Positions 47,396 to 58,724 are shown, counted from the first letter of the stretch. The stretch: 64,000 nucleotides of DNA from a virus (IMGVR_UViG_2740892439_000009); one strand, 5' to 3'. Notes: generated by a model not told the origin, from the letters alone. Translations and numbers: made by a program.

Positions 47396-47624
47396 AGCAA
47401 AGTCGTTATGGGAGCTTTCGAGACTTTGCCATCACGATGAAAAGACTTGAACGAGGCCAGACGGTGATGTTTCACAAGCCCTACCCGCCACAAGGAAATC
47501 CCGTAGCGTTTTATCTTGGAAGGTTAACCAGAAAAGGCGTATTGAGGCGCAGATCCTTCCCGGCGCATACGGAGTTCAGATTGAAAGAAGGCCAAAAGCT
47601 AACACACGGTATCAGAGGTGTTAT

Positions 47625-49541
47625 ATGAAGTTTTTAAAGCTCCAGGTTGAGAATTTTATGGCTATCGCCAGCGCGGAGGTCGAGTTAGATCAGCGTGGTT
47701 TAGTGCTTATTCAGGGTGTTAATAGTGATGATAGTTCCGCATCAAGTAATGGCTCTGGAAAGTCAACGCTAATGAATAGCCTGATGTGGTGTCTTTATGG
47801 CGAAACAGCTCATGGTGTGAAGGGTGACGATGTGTTGTCTACCGACCATGAAAAGAACTGTCGTGTTGCAGTAACCATCGAGGATGAAGGCAAGAGATAT
47901 GCGATCATTCGTCACCGTAAACACAAAGAGTTCAAAAATCGTCTTATCGTTCGTGGTGAAGATGGCGATATGACGAAAGGCAAAGATGCGCTGACGCAGG
48001 AGTTCGTCGAGCGTCTGATCGGTGCATCTAAAGAGGTTTTCATGGCTTCCATCTATGCGAGCCAAGAAGCTATGCCAGATCTACCTGGAATGTCCGACAA
48101 AAACCTCAAAACCATCGTAGAAGAAGCCGCTGGCGTTGACAGACTGACACGCGCCTACGCTATTGCTCGTGAACGAGCTAACGCAGCTGCCGCACGCATG
48201 GACGTGGTTAAAACCAAATTGGAGTCGACAATCTCGACCATTGAGGCAACACAGTCAGAAATTGAGTCCGCGAAAGCCTCCTCTGAATCATGGGAACAAG
48301 AGCGTTCTAAACGTTATGACGATGCCCTGGCTGGGCTGGCAAGTGCCGAAGTTGAGTTAACGGAAGTTGAACTTGAGATCCGCACTCTTCCCGAACAGAT
48401 CTGTGATACCGAGAAGGCAATCGAAAGTGAGCGCAAAAAGTTAGCCTCAAAAGAAGAACATAACGCCAAGTTGCTCAAAGTTCGTGGTGCGATAACTGAT
48501 ATTCGGGCAAGCATCAAAGCTACAGAAAATAGTCAGGCTGATGCAATGAACCGCGCGCGTAATTTTAAGACCAAAGCAGAAGAGGTTGGTACTAAAGTGG
48601 GATCACCATGCCCTACTTGTGGCAAAGCCTACTGCGAAGAAGATCTATCAACGGTGAAGGAGAATTTCATTGAACAAGCACGTCAGGAAATTGGTCAGGC
48701 GAAGACACTTGCAGAGGCAATGGCTAAACACAAAACGAATCTTGAGAAAGCGTTAAGCATTGAGTCTGCCCTTGTTAAAACGACACCTGATGTAACGGCT
48801 ATCATTGCCCGGATTGAAGAGCTTACGAAACAACTCTCATCTTTGCGTCATCGTGAGAAGGAGGTTGTTGCTATTGAGTCTCTTGTGACTCGTGCTCGTA
48901 CTGAGGTCGATCGTATATCAAAAGAGATTAATCCGTTTATTGCTCTTATCGCCAGACACGAAGATAACCTGGTATCCAGTAAGTCTACCTTCAAGTCCTT
49001 AAAAGATGAGTTGAAGGCTATTCAGGAACAAACGTTGCTATTGGAAAAAGCTCGTCAGGTCTACTCTCCTGCCGGGGTGCGTTCTCATATTTTGACGTCT
49101 GTTACGCCTTTCCTGAATACACGCACTGCCGAGTATCTCAATACGTTGTCTGACGGGAATATTACTGCTGAGTGGTCGACGATGGATGTCACTAAAAAAG
49201 GTGAGTATCGCGACAAATTCAACATTAGTGTGCAGAAGAAAGGTTCAAGTAAGTCGTTCCAAACCCTCTCTGGTGGTGAGAAGCGGAAGGTTCGCATTGC
49301 GTGTTCTTTGGCATTGCAGGATCTGGTTAGTAACCGGGCGAGTAAAAACATCGATTTGTTTATCGGCGACGAAATTGACGATGCACTCGATACAGCCGGT
49401 CTTGAACGCCTCATGGGTATTCTGGAGTCCAAAGCTCGCGAGCGAGGTACTGTGCTGATTATCTCCCATAAAGAGATGAAGTCATGGTTCCGGGAAACTA
49501 TTACGCTGGAAGTTAAAGAGGGGCGCAGCTATGTCGTTTAA
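47625..49541 (+). CDS. SbcC/Rad50-like ATPase (T4 gp46-like)
   Basis: Walker A GSGKST, zinc hook CPTCGK, ABC signature LSGGEKRKV, Walker B LFIGDEID. Confidence 0.85.
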   Translation: MKFLKLQVENFMAIASAEVELDQRGLVLIQGVNSDDSSASSNGSGKSTLMNSLMWCLYGETAHGVKGDDVLSTDHEKNCRVAVTIEDEGKRYAIIRHRKHKEFKNRLIVRGEDGDMTKGKDALTQEFVERLIGASKEVFMASIYASQEAMPDLPGMSDKNLKTIVEEAAGVDRLTRAYAIARERANAAAARMDVVKTKLESTISTIEATQSEIESAKASSESWEQERSKRYDDALAGLASAEVELTEVELEIRTLPEQICDTEKAIESERKKLASKEEHNAKLLKVRGAITDIRASIKATENSQADAMNRARNFKTKAEEVGTKVGSPCPTCGKAYCEEDLSTVKENFIEQARQEIGQAKTLAEAMAKHKTNLEKALSIESALVKTTPDVTAIIARIEELTKQLSSLRHREKEVVAIESLVTRARTEVDRISKEINPFIALIARHEDNLVSSKSTFKSLKDELKAIQEQTLLLEKARQVYSPAGVRSHILTSVTPFLNTRTAEYLNTLSDGNITAEWSTMDVTKKGEYRDKFNISVQKKGSSKSFQTLSGGEKRKVRIACSLALQDLVSNRASKNIDLFIGDEIDDALDTAGLERLMGILESKARERGTVLIISHKEMKSWFRETITLEVKEGRSYVV

Positions 49542-50274
49542 ATTAAGCCGCTCGCAGTTTTTGCAGGTATTTGCAGTGATGCAGTCGATAAAACTGATCA
49601 ATGGGCATACTTCCAATGGTGCGGCTCCACGTATTCTGTGGGGCAGCAACAATATTGACGGAGTACAATTCGCCGCGTTGCTTGGTCTAATATCCGAGAC
49701 ACCATTGATGCAAAGTTTGAAATCACTACCACCTGGATGTATTGCGCCGATCCTGATTAATCCTTTTGTTGAGGGGGGATATCTTCCCAACGTCGGGCCT
49801 GGGTTTATTGCATCTCATGAAACTGAAGATCTTAACATTAATAGCGAAGGGTTCTTTGGGGGAATGGGTGCGCATCACTGTATGGCTTTCACGAACCTTA
49901 TTCGACTTGCCAATAAGCGAGCGGATAGTTTGGCATCGCCAGGTGATGCTTTTACTGGTTTCCTTATCCAAAGGAGGGACAAAAAGTACAGTGCGGACAA
50001 ACTACAGTTTATTGGTAAGTATGGAGAAATGGTAGAAATCGAACTTCAGCTCCCTCATGTTTTAGCAAACGATAGTGCAGACAGTCGGAGGCTGTTGGGC
50101 ATCATGCGTCATTTCATAGCAAGTGGCGTTAAACATGCCGTAGATAAACGTGTCACGCAGGAAAATGAGTATTCAGACTTTGCAAACTATCCCCAACCAA
50201 CGTTGCAAACGGCAATAGTAACCAATTCGTTGGAGGCGAGATTATTGGAAAACCCTATATGGGGAACATGGTAA
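49531..50274 (+). CDS. Hypothetical protein
   Basis: 247-aa ORF overlapping the sbcC stop. Confidence 0.5.
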   Translation: MSFKLSRSQFLQVFAVMQSIKLINGHTSNGAAPRILWGSNNIDGVQFAALLGLISETPLMQSLKSLPPGCIAPILINPFVEGGYLPNVGPGFIASHETEDLNINSEGFFGGMGAHHCMAFTNLIRLANKRADSLASPGDAFTGFLIQRRDKKYSADKLQFIGKYGEMVEIELQLPHVLANDSADSRRLLGIMRHFIASGVKHAVDKRVTQENEYSDFANYPQPTLQTAIVTNSLEARLLENPIWGTW

Positions 50275-50283
50275 GGAGACTAT

Positions 50284-50853
50284 ATGAGTAAAAAAATCAG
50301 CGTAGTTGGTGTTGATCCCTCTATGAGCAACTTTGGGCTTGCTGTGGGCACTTTAGACCTTGAAACGGACGAACTTGAGATTCACGGCCTTACTCTTGTT
50401 GAGACTAAAGCGGGGAGTAACAAAAAGACCGTTCGTGTGAACAGTGACGATCTGCGCCGTGCCAGTGAAATATGGCGTGTTGCGAAGCCAATCATTGATA
50501 AGGCGAATATGGTTTTTTGTGAGCTACCGGTTGGGAGCCAAAACTCTCGTTCGCAGACGTCTTACGGTATTTGTATCGGTGTACTTGCGTGTGTGGATAA
50601 GCCATTGATCCAGGTTACTCCAAACGAAATTAAGCATTTTGTCGGCAATAAACTTACTACATCGAAAGAAGAGATTATCCAGTGGGCTACGAAAAAACAC
50701 CCTAAAGCACCGTGGCTGCGTCGTAAGCAATCTGGACAGGATGTTCTCGTGAACAAAAACGAACATTTGGCTGATGCGGTGGCTGCCATCCATACCGGTA
50801 TGCAAACAGATCAGTTCCGCCAGGTGCGCGATGTTCTTAAGTCTCTCATTTGA
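50284..50853 (+). CDS. RuvC-like Holliday junction resolvase (candidate)
   Basis: Acidic catalytic-type positions VGVDPS, ELP and EHLADA in an RNase H-like fold pattern. Confidence 0.55.
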   Translation: MSKKISVVGVDPSMSNFGLAVGTLDLETDELEIHGLTLVETKAGSNKKTVRVNSDDLRRASEIWRVAKPIIDKANMVFCELPVGSQNSRSQTSYGICIGVLACVDKPLIQVTPNEIKHFVGNKLTTSKEEIIQWATKKHPKAPWLRRKQSGQDVLVNKNEHLADAVAAIHTGMQTDQFRQVRDVLKSLI

Positions 50854-50926
50854 TTTCATTGATAGGTAAGTGCTTATCTATTAACATGGGCCACTATATT
50901 TAGTGGCCCTCTTTATTTGGTGATAC

Positions 50927-52135
50927 ATGATAAGCATCGTAAAACGTAACGGCCAAACAGAGCCGTTATCCGAAGAAAAATACAACCGCGTCGTAATGTA
51001 TGGCGTAGAAGGCATTCGTGGCGTAAGCGCATCCGCTGTAGCAATGGGAGCTGTGGCCAGCATTTTTGATGGGATGACCACCAGCCAGTTGCATGAGGCT
51101 TTGGTTAAATCTGCCGCTGATTTGATCTCACCAGAAGCACCAAATTACTCACAGGTGGCTGCCCGCCTGAACATTTTTAAAATCCGCAAAGATGCCTTCG
51201 GTCGTTACGACTATCCGAACTTCTACCAACACATTGTCAAGAACGTTAACAAGGGCGTTTATGACAAGGATTTGCTGACACATTATTCATTTGAAGAGAT
51301 CGAAGAACTCGGCAATTACATTAAGCCTAAACGTGACGATCTTTTTGGCTATGCGGCTACGGTGCAATTGCAAAGCAAATACCTCGTTCAAAACCGTGTT
51401 ACTGGTGAGATTCATGAGGGGCCGCAACATATCTATATGCTGGTGGGCATGTGTCTGTTCCAGAATTGGGAAGACGACTGCGCTGGCAAAACACGTATGG
51501 AGATGGTCAAAGGTTTCTATGACGTTACAAGTACGTTCAAACTGTCTCTGCCCACACCAATCATGGCCGGCGTCCGTACTCCAACCCGTCAGTTCTCCAG
51601 TTGTGTGCTGATTGAGTCTGGCGATAGTCTGAAAGGGATTAGTGCAGCTTCAGCCGCAATTATCGACTACGTTTCACGTCGTGCTGGAATTGGTATTGGT
51701 TTTGGCCGTATCCGTGCGCTGGGCAGCGAGATCCGCAATGGTGAAGCCACCCATACCGGAGTTATTCCATTCCTGAAGCATTTCCAGACTGCTGTTAAAT
51801 CTTGCTCGCAAGGTGGTGTCCGTGGTGGCGCAGCAACAGCGTTTTACCCGATCTGGCATCTTGAAGTTGAAAGTCTGCTGGTGGTGAAAAATAACCGTGG
51901 TATCGATGAAAACCGCGTTCGCCATCTTGATTACGGCGTCATGAGTAACCGTCTGATGTACCGTCGACTCGTCAGAAGCGAGAACATCACTCTGTTCAGC
52001 CGCATGATGTGCCTGATATGTACGAAGCCTTCTTCACAGACCAGGATCTGTTTGAAAAGCTGTACCATAAATACGAAGCCGATGATTCAATTCGCAAGAA
52101 GTCAGTACCTGCCATTGAGCTGTTCTCATCTCTGA
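50927..52135 (+). CDS. nrdA: Ribonucleotide reductase class Ia alpha subunit NrdA, N-terminal segment (frame lost near 51990)
   Basis: High similarity in pattern to E. coli NrdA through ENITLFS, then nonsense. Confidence 0.85.
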   Translation: MISIVKRNGQTEPLSEEKYNRVVMYGVEGIRGVSASAVAMGAVASIFDGMTTSQLHEALVKSAADLISPEAPNYSQVAARLNIFKIRKDAFGRYDYPNFYQHIVKNVNKGVYDKDLLTHYSFEEIEELGNYIKPKRDDLFGYAATVQLQSKYLVQNRVTGEIHEGPQHIYMLVGMCLFQNWEDDCAGKTRMEMVKGFYDVTSTFKLSLPTPIMAGVRTPTRQFSSCVLIESGDSLKGISAASAAIIDYVSRRAGIGIGFGRIRALGSEIRNGEATHTGVIPFLKHFQTAVKSCSQGGVRGGAATAFYPIWHLEVESLLVVKNNRGIDENRVRHLDYGVMSNRLMYRRLVRSENITLFSRMMCLICTKPSSQTRICLKSCTINTKPMIQFARSQYLPLSCSHL

Positions 52136-53241
52136 TGCAGGAACGAGCGTCCACGGGCCGAATTTATATTGCGAACGTCGATCATATTAACGAGCATGGC
52201 GCTTTCATTCCTGCTCTTGCACCTGTTCGCCAGTCAAACCTGTGTATGGAGATCACTTTACCTACTCGTCCACTGACATTTACCGACGACCCGAACGGTG
52301 AGATCGCGCTGTGCACTTTATCCGCTTTTAACCTCGGAGCCATTCGTTCACTGGAGTCTCTTAAAGAGGTGGCATTCTATGCCGTTGCTGCACTGGATTC
52401 GTTACTGGATTATCAAGACTATCCGATGGAGGCAGCCGAAGTGCCTGCCAAAGCTCGTCGTAGCTTGGGAATTGGTGTAACCAACTTTGCTTATTACCTG
52501 GCAAAGAATGGCGTTCGTTATTCTGATACCGCTGGCAATAAACTGGTGCATGAAACGTTCGAAGCTATCCAGTATTACCTTCTTGATGCCAGCTGCCGAC
52601 TTGCTGAAGCAAAAGGTGAGTGTGACTGGTTTGAGCAGACCAAGTACGCAATTGGTCAGTTGCCGATCGACCATTACCGTTCTTCATTAGACGAAAGTGG
52701 CGAAACCAACTTTGAGTTAAAGATGCCGTGGGAAGAACTGCGTGAACGTATTGCAAAATACGGCCTTCGCAACTCCACACTGACGGCACAAATGCCATGC
52801 GAGACTTCCAGCCAGATCACTAATTCCACCAACGGCATCGAACCGCCTCGTGGCCCGGTGTCGGTGAAATCTTCTAAGGACGGCATCGTTAAGATGGTCG
52901 TGCCTGAGTTTGAAAAACTGAAGGAACAGTATGAATACCTGTGGGATATGCCGGACAACCGCGGCTATCTGACAAAGGTGGCGATCATCCAGAAGTTCTT
53001 TGACCAGGCTATTTCAGCCAATACCAACTATGACCCTTCTCGCTTTGAAGGCGATAAAGTCCCAATGATGACGCTACTGTCAGATTTGCTTCTCGCCTAC
53101 AAGATGGGAGTTAAAACGCTTTACTACCACAACACCAGAGATGGGGCAGGAAAGCGTGATGACGACGAACCGCAAAATCCACTGACGCAAGCTGTAGCCG
53201 TCGAGCCAGAAGATGAGTGCGACGGAGCCTGCAAAATCTGA
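52009..53241 (+). CDS. nrdA: NrdA C-terminal segment (-1 frame)
   Basis: Continues the E. coli NrdA pattern from DVPDMYEAFF to the C-terminal CDGACKI. Confidence 0.85.
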   Translation: MPDMYEAFFTDQDLFEKLYHKYEADDSIRKKSVPAIELFSSLMQERASTGRIYIANVDHINEHGAFIPALAPVRQSNLCMEITLPTRPLTFTDDPNGEIALCTLSAFNLGAIRSLESLKEVAFYAVAALDSLLDYQDYPMEAAEVPAKARRSLGIGVTNFAYYLAKNGVRYSDTAGNKLVHETFEAIQYYLLDASCRLAEAKGECDWFEQTKYAIGQLPIDHYRSSLDESGETNFELKMPWEELRERIAKYGLRNSTLTAQMPCETSSQITNSTNGIEPPRGPVSVKSSKDGIVKMVVPEFEKLKEQYEYLWDMPDNRGYLTKVAIIQKFFDQAISANTNYDPSRFEGDKVPMMTLLSDLLLAYKMGVKTLYYHNTRDGAGKRDDDEPQNPLTQAVAVEPEDECDGACKI

Positions 53242-53346
53242 CATATGGTGGGGTGTATCCCCACCTTCTCTTTGATTTGTAAGCCTTGTTTAAACAAATA
53301 AGATAACAACTTGTTTAAACACATCAAAAAGCAAAAGGAAAAACAC

Positions 53347-54489
53347 ATGTCATATTCAACGTTCCGTTTGGGTGCTAATGATGCAACCAAAGAGCCTATG
53401 TTCCTCGGACAATCTGTCAACGTGGCACGTTACGATCAGCAAAAATACCGTGATTTTGAAAAGTTGATTGAACGTCAATTGTCTTTCTTCTGGCGGCCGG
53501 AAGAAGTTGATATTTCGAGCGATCGTATCGACTTCAACACGAAGCTGCGGGACCACGAACGTCACATTTTTCTGAGCAATCTCCGTTATCAAACGTTACT
53601 CGATTCAGTTCAGGGACGTAGCCCAAATGCAACGCTGCTGCCGCTTATCTCTATTCCTGAACTGGAAACGTGGGTTGAAACATGGTCTTTCTCTGAGACT
53701 ATCCATAGCCGCAGCTACACCCACATTATTCGTGGCATGGTGGACGATCCGAGCATTGTTTTTGACGGTATTGTTACGGATGAAGAAATCATCAACCGAG
53801 CGATCAGTATCTCTGCTGAATATGACAGGCTTTATGGGATGACCTGCGAGCGCCAGTCGTTAGGTGAGAAAGAGTTTGAACGTCTGTACGTAAATGAATA
53901 TGGCTGGGAGCCATACCCTTTGCACCGTCAGCTTTTCCGCACGTTGGTGTCCATTAATGCGCTTGAGGCGATCCGTTTCTATGTAAGTTTTGCATGTACG
54001 TTTGCCTTTGGCGAACGGAAGTTGCTTGAGGGTAACACCAAAATTATGCGCTTTATTGCCCGTGATGAAGCTCTGCATTGCGAAGGAACTGAACGCATGA
54101 TCCGTTTCATGCGTACCGGTCGCGAAGGTTTATTGTGGAAAGAGATTGCTGCTGATGAAGAAAACGTCATTTACGACACCATGAAATCAGTCGCCGAACA
54201 AGAAATGAACTGGGCAGACTATCTCTTCAAAGACGGTTCGATGATTGGTTTAAACGCGGATATTCTGAAGACCTATGTAAAATACCGAACCAATCTGGCT
54301 ATGAATCGTCTTGGCCTGAAGGCTTTATTTCCAGAAGTTACCACAGATCCGCTGGTCTGGATGAACAAGTGGTTGTTAACCGACACACTGCAAATTGCAC
54401 CACAAGAGGCAGAGCAAAGCACATATCTGGTAGGTCAGATCGATTCTACCGTGGACAAGGCTTCTCTAAGCCAGTTTGCAGACCTGTAA
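53347..54489 (+). CDS. nrdB: Ribonucleotide reductase beta subunit NrdB
   Basis: Near-colinear with E. coli NrdB, including the iron-centre/tyrosyl-radical region [30 protein letters not shown]. Confidence 0.9.
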   Translation: MSYSTFRLGANDATKEPMFLGQSVNVARYDQQKYRDFEKLIERQLSFFWRPEEVDISSDRIDFNTKLRDHERHIFLSNLRYQTLLDSVQGRSPNATLLPLISIPELETWVETWSFSETIHSRSYTHIIRGMVDDPSIVFDGIVTDEEIINRAISISAEYDRLYGMTCERQSLGEKEFERLYVNEYGWEPYPLHRQLFRTLVSINALEAIRFYVSFACTFAFGERKLLEGNTKIMRFIARDEALHCEGTERMIRFMRTGREGLLWKEIAADEENVIYDTMKSVAEQEMNWADYLFKDGSMIGLNADILKTYVKYRTNLAMNRLGLKALFPEVTTDPLVWMNKWLLTDTLQIAPQEAEQSTYLVGQIDSTVDKASLSQFADL

Positions 54490-54566
54490 ACCGATACAAA
54501 GCATTATGTGGCCTGGCAACGCTGGGCCACAATGGATCACAAGAATTAAGAAGGAACAAAACTAGC

Positions 54567-55436
54567 ATGAACTTTACCAAACTGACTGACCACCTGAAAC
54601 TTGCCACCGATCGCCTCATTGGATTTAAGCCAGAACCATATGAGTTGCATGAAGGTCATGGTGTAGCTACTGAAAGTATTTACAAGATGGTCGATCAGTT
54701 TCATGAACTCTTCCAGCATCCGAGACGCGTTGTGCCGACACCAGAGCTGCTTCGTCTCCGTGCAAGCCTGATTCATGAAGAAGCTGTAGTGGAAGGTATT
54801 CCAGCTGCAATGAATGGGGATATTGAGCAACTGCTGGATGCAATGGCCGACTTTTTATACGTTGGTGTTGGTACGATGGTCGCCATCAAAGGTGGTATTT
54901 CTACCGGCATGACCTATTACACGCAGGAACAGAGCATTGATCGCTTTATGCAGACAATTTTTGTGCCTGGTAACACTGTTTTCGATGATATGGCAATGCC
55001 ATTTCAGGAAGCTCGTGAGGCGTCATGTATGCTCGAAGAGCTGGCAGATAAACTTGAGAACAAGACTGTTAAGGATTCTGAGCTGATTCAGGAACTGCGC
55101 CGTGTAATGAACAAAATCTATGTGGCGTGCATGATGACCTATCGACTGGCTGATTTCCTCGGTATCAATGTTGTCGAGCTGGTTGGCGAAATTCATCGGT
55201 CCAACATGACAAAATTATGGCCTGCAGATGCCGAAGAGCGTCGCCATGCTGTGGCCAACTGCAAATACGACTCTTCTGACCTGGGATTTCGCCATGCTGA
55301 TGGCACCGATAAGATGATCGGTTTTCGAATTTCCGATGGAAAGATTCTGAAGTCTCCAACCTATAGTGATGTCGATTTATCCTCCTTTGTTGAGCAAGCT
55401 AAAGCCTCAGCAATGTACGGAATGATCAAAAAATAA
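54567..55436 (+). CDS. Putative all-alpha nucleotide pyrophosphohydrolase (MazG-like) (tentative)
   Basis: IHEEAVVEG..DIEQLLDAMADF resembles the acidic EExxE..D motifs of MazG-type NTP-PPases; lies between nrdB and thyA. Confidence 0.3.
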   Translation: MNFTKLTDHLKLATDRLIGFKPEPYELHEGHGVATESIYKMVDQFHELFQHPRRVVPTPELLRLRASLIHEEAVVEGIPAAMNGDIEQLLDAMADFLYVGVGTMVAIKGGISTGMTYYTQEQSIDRFMQTIFVPGNTVFDDMAMPFQEAREASCMLEELADKLENKTVKDSELIQELRRVMNKIYVACMMTYRLADFLGINVVELVGEIHRSNMTKLWPADAEERRHAVANCKYDSSDLGFRHADGTDKMIGFRISDGKILKSPTYSDVDLSSFVEQAKASAMYGMIKK

Positions 55437-55607
55437 TTGTAGGTAGTTGTCTATCTGTGTATATTGCATTTGCGCGTTAAATTTCTGAAACAACTATTCG
55501 TTTTTGGTGGCCTATGGCCACCATTTTTTTATCTATCTGGTCTTGTTCTCTCAATAAATGTAAACTCAAACAATGAATAAGTGGTTACTTATCTTTGTGA
55601 GGTTTTT

Positions 55608-56711
55608 GTGTCACTCCTTTTGAATCGTGAGCATACGAACGGTCAGGTAACAAACGCATCGTATGCAAAAGTTATTGAGACGGTGCTTAAAAGCGGCGTG
55701 CAGGCTGATGATCGCACAGGCACTGGTACTTTAAGCACCTGCTACGTTCCCTCTTACTACATGCTTACTGGTGGGACTGTGCCGCTTATTTCTGGAAAGG
55801 CGGTAAATCTTAAGCCACTACTTGTCGAACTTGAGTGGTATCTGAAAGGCACGGGCAACATCCAATTTCTCAAGGATAACGGCGTTAAGATTTGGGATGC
55901 ATGGGCCGATGAGAATGGCGATTTGGGGCCGGTTTACGGTAAGCAGTGGCGTCGATGGGAAGATACCCGCATCGTGAGCCATAGTGAATATCTGAGCAAG
56001 ATCGATACTTTCCGTGAACGCGGGTACAAAGTCGAGGGATACCTGGATATCAGTGAAGATCGCGTAGTGCTGTCCCGTGAAATCGATCAGCTACAGCGTA
56101 TTGTCGATACACTGCGCACGAACCCTACCGATCGTCGCATCATGCTTAACGCATGGAACGTAGGCGAGCTTGAGGATATGAAACTGCCACCTTGCCACTT
56201 TGTCTTCTCTTTGTGGAGTCGTGAGCTTGATTTTGAAACCCGTTTAACGATGGCAACTGACATTGGTCTTCAACACAGTCGCCTCGGTTATGAGTCTATC
56301 TACACCAAGATGCTATACGATCTGGAGATGGACGGCAGTGTTACTGAAACTGAACTGGATGAACTTGGAATCCCCAAACGCATCCTCAACTCCTGCCTCG
56401 TACAGCGTAGCGTAGACACTTTTGTTGGTATGCCATTCAATATTGCTGGCTATGGCATTCTCACTCATTTTCTCGCGAAGATTACGGGTCACATGGCCGG
56501 TGCATTTGTACATTTTGGCTTTGACGTGCATTTGTACAACAACCACATGGAAGGTGTGTGTGAGCTAATGAAACGACAGGCTCCAGAGCATTCAGATCCG
56601 GTCGTTATTTTCCCTCATGAATGGTCTGAGCTGGATGATTTCAAATGGGACGATATTCTGATTCTTGGCTATGACCCTCTACCGTGGATCAAGGTTCCAG
56701 TGGCGGTGTGA
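55608..56711 (+). CDS. thyA: Thymidylate synthase ThyA with insertions relative to E. coli
   Basis: DRTGTGTLS, WADENGDLGPVYGKQWR, PPCH, LGMPFNIA; GTG start with GAGG SD chosen. Confidence 0.85.
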   Translation: MSLLLNREHTNGQVTNASYAKVIETVLKSGVQADDRTGTGTLSTCYVPSYYMLTGGTVPLISGKAVNLKPLLVELEWYLKGTGNIQFLKDNGVKIWDAWADENGDLGPVYGKQWRRWEDTRIVSHSEYLSKIDTFRERGYKVEGYLDISEDRVVLSREIDQLQRIVDTLRTNPTDRRIMLNAWNVGELEDMKLPPCHFVFSLWSRELDFETRLTMATDIGLQHSRLGYESIYTKMLYDLEMDGSVTETELDELGIPKRILNSCLVQRSVDTFVGMPFNIAGYGILTHFLAKITGHMAGAFVHFGFDVHLYNNHMEGVCELMKRQAPEHSDPVVIFPHEWSELDDFKWDDILILGYDPLPWIKVPVAV

Positions 56712-56712
56712 T

Positions 56713-57126
56713 ATGGCAAGAGGTATGTATGTCTTATGCGAAATTGAAGGTGTGCTGGCAAATACCAGCCATCGTAAATCTGTATCTGACGCGGATGCAG
56801 GCCAGCTCATTGCCGGTGATGAACTCATTTTCCCCACCAGCCGTATGTTGCGTGGTTTTGCTCGCTCAGGGGCTGAAGTGGTGCTTATCAGTAGCCGCTC
56901 TGAAACTCTTGAAGCGCCCACTAAACGATGGCTGAAAGATTTTGGCGTTGATTACGACTGGCTTCATCTCGTACCGAATAGCACCAGTTATGAGAAGCAT
57001 ATTAAGCGCACATTAGCGGAGCATAAAGGCGATCTGCTTATCGCTGCGCTGGTGCACGATCCTCGACTCCGTGCCGCTTTAGCTGACTCTCATCATAGAC
57101 CGGTCATCTATGAGGTGAGCAAATGA
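56713..57126 (+). CDS. Hypothetical protein
   Basis: 137-aa ORF starting 2 nt after the thyA stop. Confidence 0.4.
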   Translation: MARGMYVLCEIEGVLANTSHRKSVSDADAGQLIAGDELIFPTSRMLRGFARSGAEVVLISSRSETLEAPTKRWLKDFGVDYDWLHLVPNSTSYEKHIKRTLAEHKGDLLIAALVHDPRLRAALADSHHRPVIYEVSK

Positions 57127-57599
57127 AGATGATAGCTGCTGTTGGCCGTAACTATGAGATCGGCATAGCGAACGAACTGCCCTGGCGTTGTTCTACCGAT
57201 CTGAAGCTATTTAAGAGACTCACCAAAAACGCCACTGTCGTTATGGGGCGTAAAACGATGGAAAGTCTCAAACGCCCTCTTCCAGAGCGTCATAACCTCG
57301 TTTTGACGCGCTCTCATGGCTTTGTACCAAATGGATTCTACCCTGCTGGTGTGGATGATGTGTTGCGATTACCAGAGCCTGTGTGGGTGATTGGCGGGGA
57401 ACAAATTTACTCGCTATTCATGCCGCATGTTGAAGAGATTTGGCTCTCCCACATCGGCGTTGATGTACCAAACGCCGATGCATTCTTCCCGGCAAGCATG
57501 ATGCGTAACTTAGGCTTTGTGCCTGTTGAAACAGCTTATACCCAACGAGCCAGCGAGGAAGAGCCTGGCTTTTCGCAGATCGTATACAGAAGGTCGTAA
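57123..57599 (+). CDS. folA: Dihydrofolate reductase
   Basis: IAAVGRNYEIG..LPW, VMGRKT, VIGG pattern of FolA. Confidence 0.85.
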   Translation: MKMIAAVGRNYEIGIANELPWRCSTDLKLFKRLTKNATVVMGRKTMESLKRPLPERHNLVLTRSHGFVPNGFYPAGVDDVLRLPEPVWVIGGEQIYSLFMPHVEEIWLSHIGVDVPNADAFFPASMMRNLGFVPVETAYTQRASEEEPGFSQIVYRRS

Positions 57600-58243
57600 T
57601 GGATTACCGGATTGGGATCACTGGTGCTCAGGGCAGTGGGAAAACAACCCTGGCTAAATATATCGACAAACATTACGGAATCCCTTACGTGGATGCTGGT
57701 GTCGGAAGTTTGATGAGCCGCCTCGGTGTTCGAGTAGGTGAGTCTATGCCTCTATATGAGCGGCTTCAGATTCAAATGGAAATAGCAAAGCATATAGAGC
57801 TACTTACACGTGGTGTTGAAGGCTTTGTTATCGATCGCACACCTGCTGATGTTATGGCCTACACGTTGGATTTGGTCGGCCATACAAATGAAGATCGGTG
57901 TATTGAGTTAGCCCTCGATATCGAAAAGTTTTGCCACAAAACTGCTATTTCAAACTTTAACGCCATTGCTGGCCTACGCCCGGGGGTCGCTCTCTCAGAG
58001 CGAGATTACTTGCGATCACAACGAGCATCATTAGACCGTCTGTATGTCGCTCGTATTGATGCGTTGATGTGCGGGGAACTGACAAAAATTCACCTGCATC
58101 CGCAAAGGGGAGATCTGCAAACCTTCGTCGTTTCCAACCGATATCGCACGGTTGAAGCAAGAGCCAGATCAGTGATGAGAATGCTAGATAACGCTGTAGA
58201 AAAGATAGAAAACCGGTTCTGTGGCCGAGTAACCGTTCATTAG
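57599..58243 (+). CDS. P-loop nucleotide/nucleoside kinase (candidate dNMP kinase)
   Basis: Walker A GAQGSGKTT; within the nucleotide-metabolism cluster. Confidence 0.5.
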   Translation: MDYRIGITGAQGSGKTTLAKYIDKHYGIPYVDAGVGSLMSRLGVRVGESMPLYERLQIQMEIAKHIELLTRGVEGFVIDRTPADVMAYTLDLVGHTNEDRCIELALDIEKFCHKTAISNFNAIAGLRPGVALSERDYLRSQRASLDRLYVARIDALMCGELTKIHLHPQRGDLQTFVVSNRYRTVEARARSVMRMLDNAVEKIENRFCGRVTVH

Positions 58244-58304
58244 AAATTGTTCGCCTCTTCGACATTGCGACAATAAAACTCTCAAAATGGGTTAAGGATA
58301 AAAA

Positions 58305-58724
58305 ATGTTTAGTGAAATGTTACTTGAAGATGAACTGGATCGGAAAACAACAGAGGCTTTGATTCGTGTAGCGGACGAACATTCCCGGTCGCTTATGAGC
58401 GATCGAGAGGCTCGTCTGGCTATTCGTACCGTATTCGAAATTGCGCAAGGGCTTGTTGGCGCACAAGTAGGTGAAGCCATTAACATCGCCATGTCTCAGT
58501 TCAGTGAAGACAGTAAAAAGCCTCTGTTTCCTATGCATTTGATGCTGGCTGGTGGCACGGTGCTTTATATCTCTGTTTGTCTGGATAGCAACCAAATCAA
58601 TATTCTCAACACTGCGTCAGGTAAGTGGAAAGATCCGATTGTCTGTGAAACCAGTGAAGAAACTTTGAAAAAAGCGGCTCAATTTGTACGTAGCGCACTA
58701 CTTAAGGGCGCTAAGAAGTTGTAA
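58305..58724 (+). CDS. Hypothetical protein
   Basis: 139-aa ORF. Confidence 0.45.
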   Translation: MFSEMLLEDELDRKTTEALIRVADEHSRSLMSDREARLAIRTVFEIAQGLVGAQVGEAINIAMSQFSEDSKKPLFPMHLMLAGGTVLYISVCLDSNQINILNTASGKWKDPIVCETSEETLKKAAQFVRSALLKGAKKL

